DNA from: an uncultured Bacteroidota bacterium
Lineage (GTDB): Bacteria; Bacteroidota; Ignavibacteria; UBA10030; UBA6906
DNA length: 64,000 bases
Reading direction: 5' to 3'
Assembly: GCA_963700635.1 (NCBI GenBank)
Contig: CAVOYH010000003.1
Span: 864,001-928,000 of the forward strand
Position 1 is the stretch's first letter. Each line of letters opens with the position of its first letter. The position numbers and the translations under genes were made by a program. Shown piece after piece: positions 19,848 through 27,371 of this stretch. A model generated the notes under the pieces. That model worked only from the letters and a program-made list of their open reading frames with translations. It made no database searches and was not told the DNA's origin.

Positions 19848-20690
19848 ATGACTTCCCCCCGCCGCCTTGGCGTCCCTCAGGACTTCTACTGTACGCCACT
19901 TGTTGCGTATCTGGCGGAACAGGACCTTTTCACGCGTCACCGCGACGTCACTGCCCGCCTTGCCCTGCAACTGCGTGAGCGCAAACTGGATGCGGCATTC
20001 CTTTCGCCGATAGACTATGGCCGTGAAAGTTCGGCGTACGAAATCGTTCCCGCTATCGGCATCAGCTCCGCGCAGGGCACCGGGACGGTATCTCTCATCT
20101 TCCGCGACGACCATTTACGGACCGTATCAACGGTGGGTGTGGATCCATCGTCTTCGGCAGAGATCGTGCTTGCAAAGATCATTCTGGCGGAACACTACGG
20201 ACTGGAACCGAAATTTGTGCCCGCGTCCGGACCGGTCGAACAGATCCTGTTGGAAACGGACGCTGTGGTGCTGGTTGGAGACCTTTCCTTGCGTGAAGTG
20301 GACCGCCATCCCAATCGTATCGATCTTGTGGACGCCTGGGCCGAAATGACAAACTTACCGTATGTCCACGGTGTCTGGTGTGCACATCACGGAATCCTGA
20401 CGCCGGCTCATGTCCAGTTTCTGCAGGTTGCGGCGGGCAAAGGAATCGTTTCACTCGATTCGCTTGCAGCGGAAATTCCACAGCAGCGTTTTCCCTCTCT
20501 GGGTCGTGCGCTTCTGGCGGACTATCTGCATGCTTTTTCCTACACGCTTACGGACCATGACCTCGATGGCTTTCAGGAGTTCCTGCGCTTCGCCTACTAT
20601 CACGGGGTTTTACCGGACGTTGGTGATCTGCATTTTTTCACGGACCCTTCTCCGGATACGCCGGACGGGAACCCAATCACTGCGCGTTGA
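19848..20690 (+). CDS. MqnA/MqnD-family (menaquinone futalosine pathway, SBP-fold) protein, divergent
   Basis: LDAAFLSPIDY, DAVVLVGD.SL and DL..AW.EMTNLPYVHGVW match the MqnA scaffold, but the catalytic-region motifs are altered (see findings). Confidence 0.75.
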   Translation: MTSPRRLGVPQDFYCTPLVAYLAEQDLFTRHRDVTARLALQLRERKLDAAFLSPIDYGRESSAYEIVPAIGISSAQGTGTVSLIFRDDHLRTVSTVGVDPSSSAEIVLAKIILAEHYGLEPKFVPASGPVEQILLETDAVVLVGDLSLREVDRHPNRIDLVDAWAEMTNLPYVHGVWCAHHGILTPAHVQFLQVAAGKGIVSLDSLAAEIPQQRFPSLGRALLADYLHAFSYTLTDHDLDGFQEFLRFAYYHGVLPDVGDLHFFTDPSPDTPDGNPITAR

Positions 20691-20715
20691 ATCTTTCGGA
20701 AAAGATGGGTAGATT
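20687..20715 (+). promoter_or_regulatory. sigma70-type promoter of recN (leaderless)
   Basis: TTGAAT-N17-TAGATT, exactly 6 nt before ATG 20722. No SD sequence. Confidence 0.65.
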
Positions 20716-20721
20716 GACCGC

Positions 20722-22449
20722 ATGCTCAAGTCGCTGCTGATCAAGAACTACGCCCTCATCGAAGAGCTGAGCGTACCCCTCACCAGCGGTCTTGTGATCA
20801 TCACCGGCGAAACCGGCGCAGGCAAGTCGATCATCATTGACGCCCTCGGCCTCGTGCTCGGCGAACGTGCCAGTACCGAAGCGGTGCGGACCGGAGCCGA
20901 CAAGACCGTTGTGGAAGCTGTCTTCGATTGCACCGGCAATCCCAAGGTCACCGCCCTCCTTCATGCGAACGATCTGGATACGGCGGATGAATTGATCGTC
21001 CGCCGCGAAGTGTCTGTCAAAGGCCAGAGCCGCTGTTTCCTGAATGATTCCCCGGTAACACTTTCCCTGCTCAAACAGGTTGGCGAGTTGCTCGTGGACC
21101 TGCACGGTCAGCATGAACACCAGTCGCTTCTGCGCGTCGACACCCATGGTGCGATGGTGGATGATTTCGGGGGACTGGAGGGGATGGTGCAGGAATACCG
21201 GGCGATGTTCCAGCGGCTCAAAGCAGCAATCACGGAACTTGAAACCCTCCGTGCAAAAGAGCACCAGCTTCGTGAACGGAGGGAATTCTCCCTCTTCCAG
21301 GCGCAGGAAATTGACGCCGTGGCTCCGCTGCCCGGGGAAGAGGATCGACTTGAGACCGATCTCCGGATTCTTGAGAATAGCGAACGCCTGTACGCGGCGA
21401 CAGGCGAGCTCTACACACAGCTGTATGAGAGCGAGCGGTCCGCACATGACGTGCTGGTGATCGCCAGGAATCAGCTGCATGCCCTGGCGGCGATTGATCC
21501 TCAGTTTGCCGATGCCGCGCGTGAATGCTCCTCGGCTGAAGCGATTGTCAATGAACTGGCGAAGTTTATCCAGGCCTACAATGCGCGCGTGGAATTTGCG
21601 CCGGAGCGACTCGAGGCCTTACGCGAACGGCTGGGCCGGGTCTCATTCCTGAAAAAGAAGTACGGCGGGTCCGTCGAAAGTATCCTCAGCCATCGCGAGG
21701 CCCTCCGGGAGGAACTTGAGCTTTCGGAGAATTTTGAGGAAGTGATCAGCACGTTGCGGGCCGAGGTGGATTCCCAGCGGCAACTGTGCGGGATGCAGGC
21801 TGAACGGATATCGGTAAAACGCCACGAGGTGGCAAAAAAGATAGACAAAGCCATCGTACAGGAACTGGCAAGACTCGGCATTGTCAACGCGCGGTTCAGC
21901 ACGCGCATCACCCAGGATGGTGTTTCAACAAAGGGCAACACTGCGGGTCAGCTGCCGCCCGACGGGGTGGTGCGGGGGAAAACGGTGGTCCGGCTGAATA
22001 CGCGGGGCTACGATCATGTGGAATTTTATGTGGCGACAAACCCCGGTGAAGAAGAAAAGCCCCTCACCAAAGTTGCATCCGGCGGCGAGGTGTCGCGTAT
22101 CATGCTCGCACTCAAGAGTATTCTGGCAAAAAGTGATCGCCTCCCGGTGCTGATCTTCGATGAAATTGATGTCGGGGTCAGCGGGCGCATTGCACAAGCC
22201 GTCGGGGCAAGCATGAAAACCCTGGCCGGGTTTCACCAGGTTATCGCGATTACCCATCTCCCGCAAATCGCAGGATTTGCCGACGCACACTTTGTGGTCA
22301 CCAAAGAGGAACTTCACGGACGCGCTCTTACATCGCTCCGCCGGCTTACGCTGGAAGAGCAGGTCGAGGAAGTTGCCCGCCTGATGAGCGGTGCTCAGGT
22401 AACTGATGCCGGTCTTACCGGCGCGCGTGAACTCATGGGACTCCGATAA
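20722..22449 (+). CDS. recN: DNA repair protein RecN
   Basis: ITGETGAGKS, LHGQHEHQ, ASGGEVSR, IFDEID.GVSG and ITHLPQIA. Confidence 0.98.
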   Translation: MLKSLLIKNYALIEELSVPLTSGLVIITGETGAGKSIIIDALGLVLGERASTEAVRTGADKTVVEAVFDCTGNPKVTALLHANDLDTADELIVRREVSVKGQSRCFLNDSPVTLSLLKQVGELLVDLHGQHEHQSLLRVDTHGAMVDDFGGLEGMVQEYRAMFQRLKAAITELETLRAKEHQLRERREFSLFQAQEIDAVAPLPGEEDRLETDLRILENSERLYAATGELYTQLYESERSAHDVLVIARNQLHALAAIDPQFADAARECSSAEAIVNELAKFIQAYNARVEFAPERLEALRERLGRVSFLKKKYGGSVESILSHREALREELELSENFEEVISTLRAEVDSQRQLCGMQAERISVKRHEVAKKIDKAIVQELARLGIVNARFSTRITQDGVSTKGNTAGQLPPDGVVRGKTVVRLNTRGYDHVEFYVATNPGEEEKPLTKVASGGEVSRIMLALKSILAKSDRLPVLIFDEIDVGVSGRIAQAVGASMKTLAGFHQVIAITHLPQIAGFADAHFVVTKEELHGRALTSLRRLTLEEQVEEVARLMSGAQVTDAGLTGARELMGLR

Positions 22450-23910
22450 TGCCCCTTGTCATCTACAATACGCTTACCCGTTCGTTAGAGCCGTTTCGTC
22501 CGATCGAAGAAAATCTCGTCCGTATGTATGTCTGCGGACCGACCGTGTATGGCGATTCCCATCTCGGTCATGCCAAAAGTTACGTGTCCTTTGATGTCAT
22601 CGTTCGCTATCTGCGGTCCCTCGGGTATACGGTGCTGTATGTACAGAACATTACGGATGTGGGTCACCTGACCGATGATGCCGACGAGGGAGACGATAAA
22701 CTGCTCAAACAGGCACGTCTTGACCGGATGCATCCCATGCAGGTGGCAGAGCGATATACCAGGAGCTATTTTGAGGACATGGACGCCCTCCGGGTTCTCC
22801 GACCGGACATCTCGCCCCGCGCCACCGGACATATCACCGAGCAGATCGATCTGGTGAAAGAACTGCTCGCCTGCGGGCTTGCCTATGAAGCGAATGGCTC
22901 GGTCTATTTTAGCGTGCACAAATTTGCCGGCTATGGAAAACTTTCCCGACGCGCACTCGATGATATGAGTTCCGGGGTCCGCATCGACGTAAAATCCGAG
23001 AAACGCCATCCAGCTGACTTTGCCCTCTGGAAAAGGGCAGAGTCAGGCCACATCATGCGATGGACCAGTCCCTGGGGCGAGGGCTTTCCCGGATGGCACC
23101 TGGAATGCTCGGCCATGTCCATGAAGTACCTCGGGCAGAGTTTTGATATTCATGGGGGCGGACTCGATAATCAGTTCCCACACCATGAATGCGAGATCGC
23201 GCAGAGTGAGGGCGTGACGGGAAAACCGTTTGTGAAATACTGGCTGCACAACAATATGGTCACGGTCGAAGGTCGAAAGATGGGCAAGTCACTGGGTAAC
23301 TTCATCACCCTGAAGGACGCATTTGCCCGATGGTCGGCCCCGGTGGTCCGGTTCTTCATTCTCCAGAGTCACTACCGCAGCACGCTTGATTTTAGCGCAG
23401 ACGCCGTCGGAGGTGCAGCCAAAGGACTCGAACGACTCCACGGGACGATCAGACAGGTTAACGGGCAGATTGGCGTGGCGCCTCTTGAAGGGACACCTTC
23501 CGGTATCGATCTCGACGCTTTCGACCAACGATTTCGTGCGGCCATGGACGAAGACTTTAATGCGCCCCAGGCGATTGCAGTGCTCTTTGATCTCTCACGG
23601 GAGGTGAATACCGCGCTTCAACGCGGGACACCGCTTGTTGCGCGGGATGTGGAAGCGATACATTCTTTCTTCAAAAAGTATGCGGGCGATATTCTTGGTA
23701 CTCTGCCCGGTGAGGCGGTGCAGAGCCGCGACGATAAACGTCTTGACGATGGGCTCATGGCGCTTCTGCTGTCGTTGCGTGCCGATCTGCGGAAAGAGAA
23801 ACTCGGCATTATCCGACACGATACGTGACGGACTGAGTCAACTCGGTATTGTGCTGGAAGACAGCAAAGAGGGCACGAAGTGGAAACACACTCCACAGGG
23901 AAAACCGTGA
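22449..23910 (+). CDS. cysS: Cysteine--tRNA ligase, with a frameshift at ~23805 (main frame stops at 23828; the C-terminus continues in the +1 frame to 23910)
   Basis: [26 protein letters not shown] and KMGKS. The C-terminal [27 protein letters not shown] lies in a different frame. Confidence 0.95.
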
Positions 23911-24665
23911 GGTCGACGATTGTCCTTCTGGTCCTGCTTGCCGGCCGTCTCTGGGGGCAGGGCGCCGCGGGAACCGCCGGAGGGCTTGAACCCCGCTTTC
24001 TTGTTGATGTGCCGACGGCAGGTATGCTCGACAAAGGTGCGGTTGCACTGGATGTGGATTTCTATCAGGAAGGCGGCGTGCTACTCGGGATCTCGGCAGG
24101 GATTCTGGATCGTCTCAGTTTTGGGATCTCCTACGGCGGGTCACGGCTCCTCGGCACTTCATCTCCCGAGATGAATGAGATCCCCGCAATTAATGTGCGG
24201 CTGAGAATTATTGAAGAGAGCCTGGTGTTTCCTGCAATCGCGTGCGGATTTGATTCACAGGGAAAAGATGGATACCTGAAAGAGCAGGACCGGTACCGGA
24301 TCAAATCCCCGGGGTTCTTTGCCGTCGCAAGCAAAAACTATACGCTCCTGGGATACTTCAGTATTCATGGTGGCGTGAATTACAGTCTGGAACGAGCCGA
24401 CGGTGATCGCGACATCAATGTGTTTGCAGGCGCCGAAAAGACCATCGGGCCCGTTCTGTCACTCGTTGCTGAGTATAACATCGGCATGAACGATAACAGT
24501 GGAAAGGCGATAGGGAAGGGGCGGGGGTATCTGAATGCCGGGTTGAAGATTTCTCTGGGCAGCGGATTGACCCTGGGTGTGAACATGAAGGACATCATCA
24601 AGAACGGACGGGATATCACGGTCGCCAATCGAACGGTACACCTCGAATACGCGCGGCCTTTCTAA
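23907..24665 (+). CDS. Exported beta-barrel protein (YjbH-like)
   Basis: Signal peptide, 'DVPTAG.L' start motif, amphipathic strands and terminal Phe. GTG 23907 overlaps TGA 23908-23910. Confidence 0.65.
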   Translation: MRSTIVLLVLLAGRLWGQGAAGTAGGLEPRFLVDVPTAGMLDKGAVALDVDFYQEGGVLLGISAGILDRLSFGISYGGSRLLGTSSPEMNEIPAINVRLRIIEESLVFPAIACGFDSQGKDGYLKEQDRYRIKSPGFFAVASKNYTLLGYFSIHGGVNYSLERADGDRDINVFAGAEKTIGPVLSLVAEYNIGMNDNSGKAIGKGRGYLNAGLKISLGSGLTLGVNMKDIIKNGRDITVANRTVHLEYARPF

Positions 24666-24674
24666 GACATCCGG

Positions 24675-24788
24675 TGTCCCCTTTTATAGACGGTGTGTTC
24701 ACGATAGTCCATTTCACCCCCCCCGACCTCCCGATATCCCTCCAAATTCGCTATATGGGGTTCTTTTTCAAGATGGCATTGATCTTGT
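24675..24788 (+). promoter_or_regulatory. Putative sigma54 promoter (24774-24788) with upstream enhancer-like box (24675-24692)
   Basis: TGGCATTGATCTTGT places GG at -24 and TTG at -12 (C->T at the last position). TGTC-N10-GACG lies ~100 bp upstream. Confidence 0.4.
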
Positions 24789-24820
24789 GATATTCCTGTA
24801 CAGATGAGGAGGATATACCC

Positions 24821-25765
24821 ATGAACACGCAAACCGGCCGAATCCTATTACCCGCAGGGCTACTCCTGCTGGGACTCTGGAGTGCGGGCTGCTATACCCA
24901 GCTCGGGTCCGTGGAAGAGGAACAGCGTTACGCTTATGAGGCCGAAAGGCAATATGTCGAGCAGGACACCGTATCGACAGACGACTACGAACAGGCCCGG
25001 AACGAGTTTTATGATGGCTCCTACAACTACTATTATCCATCCCTGAGCATCGGGTATGGCTACGGATATCCCTGGTACTGGCGCAACCAATCGTGGTACT
25101 ATTATGATCCATATTGGGGCGATCCATACTCCGGGTGGTGCGGTACGTACTATCCGGGGTATTATGGGTGGTGGTCATCCCCGGTTGTCATCGGGTACAG
25201 GCCGTACTACGGATACGGATCAGTCGGTCATCCAGGTGCTGGTTATGCCACTCGGGGTGGGGGGACGTACGGCACAACACGAACGTTTGGTTCCACCCGG
25301 ACATCGGGGTCCACCCGGGGCGGCAGTGCAGATCAGTACGCACCACCGTCCGGCCGCACGGGTTCAGCAGATGGTACCTCCTCGTTGCCCACGGGCCGGG
25401 TTTCATCCGGACGCAGGGGAACGACGACAGAACGCGGTGGCACAACAATGGACAAAGGATCAACACGGAGCTCTGGCGGGCGTGATGGAAGTGTCCGGAG
25501 AGAAGCACCCCGGTCTGCTCCGCGCCCGAGCAGTGGCGGACGATCGACCCGTGGGCAGGAACGGACATCTCCTCCGCCTCCTTCATCGGGCGGAAGTTCC
25601 GGATCAAGTACACCTCCGGATCGTGGTGGGGTAAGGCAATCGCCACCACCGTCATCTCCACCTCCATCGTCACCGCCACCATCATCATCCGGCTCGAGCG
25701 GCAGCAGCGGCAGTGGTAGCAGTGCGCCAACCAATACCGGTTCACGCGGCGGCAACCGGCGCTGA
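24821..25765 (+). CDS. Low-complexity outer-membrane lipoprotein (Tyr/Trp/Gly-rich middle, Ser/Gly/Arg/Pro-rich tail)
   Basis: Lipobox-like WSAG-C followed by YTQL. GAGGAGG RBS. Composition read directly from the ORF. Confidence 0.85.
   Translation: MNTQTGRILLPAGLLLLGLWSAGCYTQLGSVEEEQRYAYEAERQYVEQDTVSTDDYEQARNEFYDGSYNYYYPSLSIGYGYGYPWYWRNQSWYYYDPYWGDPYSGWCGTYYPGYYGWWSSPVVIGYRPYYGYGSVGHPGAGYATRGGGTYGTTRTFGSTRTSGSTRGGSADQYAPPSGRTGSADGTSSLPTGRVSSGRRGTTTERGGTTMDKGSTRSSGGRDGSVRREAPRSAPRPSSGGRSTRGQERTSPPPPSSGGSSGSSTPPDRGGVRQSPPPSSPPPSSPPPSSSGSSGSSGSGSSAPTNTGSRGGNRR
25640..25684 (+). repeat. Degenerate 15-bp coding tandem repeat encoding (SPPPS)x3
   Basis: tcgccaccaccgtca / tctccacctccatcg / tcaccgccaccatca. 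Confidence 0.6.
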
Positions 25766-25783
25766 TTCAAAGAAGAGGAAACC

Positions 25784-27217
25784 ATGAAACATCGACGCAG
25801 TATACTTCTCACGTTTATGATAGCCGGCCTTGTCACGGTTGTGCAAGCACAGTTTCCGGAAGACGCGCTCCGCCTGGCTACCTCCGGTCTTGGCGTAGGA
25901 GCGAGAGCTCTCAGCATGGGCAATGCGTATACCGGTGTGGCGAGCGACTTCAGCGCCATCTACTGGAATCCGGCCGGACTCGCCCAGCTTTCGCACAGCG
26001 AGTTCTCGGCGGGCCTGTCATATCTGACGAACAAGAACAACAGCATGTTCTTCGGTACCCAGGAGGCATACTCCAACAGCGCGACCAATCTGAACACCCT
26101 GGGTCTTGTGCACAAGGTGCCGACCAGCCGTGGAAATCTAGCCATTGCGTTTGGCTATAACCGGCAGTCAAACTTCACCTCAGGTCTGTCGTTCACAGGG
26201 TTCAACGCCGGCAGCAGCATCATCCAGACATACGCGCGAGATGGCGCTCAGTATCCATCCGATATCTCCGATAATATCGCCTATCAGTTGTATCTTGCAG
26301 ATATTGATACCCTGCGCGGAACGTTTATCAGCCCGATCACCAACCGCCTGACGCAGGTAGCAACCGTCATCGAGGGTGGAGGCCTCAACAACTGGTCTCT
26401 TGCGGGTGCCGTGGATGTCGCGAAAGAACTGTCTCTGGGTGTGACCCTCACGTACCTGTCCGGCAGATACCGTTACGACCGCACCTATGAGGAACAGGAC
26501 CGTCTGGGCATCTATAACACATTCCCCTACGACTTCAACAGGTTAACCCTTGACGAGTATATTGAAAGCGACATCTCGGGTGTGAACGCAAAGTTCGGAA
26601 TGCTCTATCGTGTCCCCGACCGATTCCGTTTTGGAATTTCCATCAAGACACCAACAGCTTTTAGTGTAAAGGAGTCTTTCGGGTCGTTCGCGCGTGCGTA
26701 TTTTGATAACGGCGATGTCCGTCCGGGCGATTCTCCCCTGGAATCCACGGCGACCGGTGAATATGATGTGCATACGCCATGGGTTTTTACCGCGGGTGCG
26801 TCACTGATCATCCAGGATCTCGTCCTGTCGGGTGACGTGGAGTATACGGACTGGACACAGATGGAATTTGTCAACGCAAACGCCGATGTCCTGGCACAGA
26901 ATAAGGACTTTAAGACGCTTTTCCGTCCGACAGCGAACCTGCGGGGTGGACTGGAATATGATATCAAACAGCTGGGTGTGCGACTCAGGGGCGGATTTAT
27001 CTACAATAGCTCCCCGTACGAAGGAGACCCATCGGTCTACGACCAGAAATACGTGACAGGAGGAGTGGGTATCCTGTTGAGTGGATCCACCATGCTGGAT
27101 CTCACCTATGCCCGGGGGTGGTGGGAAACATTCCGGTACAACTACAACAGCACCTCGCGAACAGACGAGAAGATCACAACAAATACCTTCTTGATGACAT
27201 TTTCCCATCGGTTTTAA
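25784..27217 (+). CDS. OmpP1/FadL-family outer-membrane beta-barrel
   Basis: Signal peptide, GARALSMGNAYTGVASDFSAIYWNPAGLA hatch motif, terminal strand ending in Phe. Confidence 0.9.
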   Translation: MKHRRSILLTFMIAGLVTVVQAQFPEDALRLATSGLGVGARALSMGNAYTGVASDFSAIYWNPAGLAQLSHSEFSAGLSYLTNKNNSMFFGTQEAYSNSATNLNTLGLVHKVPTSRGNLAIAFGYNRQSNFTSGLSFTGFNAGSSIIQTYARDGAQYPSDISDNIAYQLYLADIDTLRGTFISPITNRLTQVATVIEGGGLNNWSLAGAVDVAKELSLGVTLTYLSGRYRYDRTYEEQDRLGIYNTFPYDFNRLTLDEYIESDISGVNAKFGMLYRVPDRFRFGISIKTPTAFSVKESFGSFARAYFDNGDVRPGDSPLESTATGEYDVHTPWVFTAGASLIIQDLVLSGDVEYTDWTQMEFVNANADVLAQNKDFKTLFRPTANLRGGLEYDIKQLGVRLRGGFIYNSSPYEGDPSVYDQKYVTGGVGILLSGSTMLDLTYARGWWETFRYNYNSTSRTDEKITTNTFLMTFSHRF

Positions 27218-27284
27218 TCGTCACGCGCAGCGTGCCGGACCAGACACCTCCCTCTCCGGTCGCACCGTGTGACGTCGGGACGGT

Positions 27285-27313
27285 TTGCATCAGTTGTGGC
27301 TGTTCGATATATT
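27285..27313 (+). promoter_or_regulatory. sigma70-type promoter of acylase-cobB-pyk
   Basis: TTGCAT-N17-TATATT. Confidence 0.65.
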
Positions 27314-27314
27314 C

Positions 27315-27352
27315 AAGTCCATCATTGACTACCATGATGGACTTTTTGTTTT
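27315..27352 (+). terminator. Perfect 11-bp hairpin with U-tract (intrinsic terminator or operator)
   Basis: AAGTCCATCAT-tgactacc-ATGATGGACTT followed by TTTGTTTT. Confidence 0.6.
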
Positions 27353-27371
27353 CACAGCCAGTGGAACGGAC

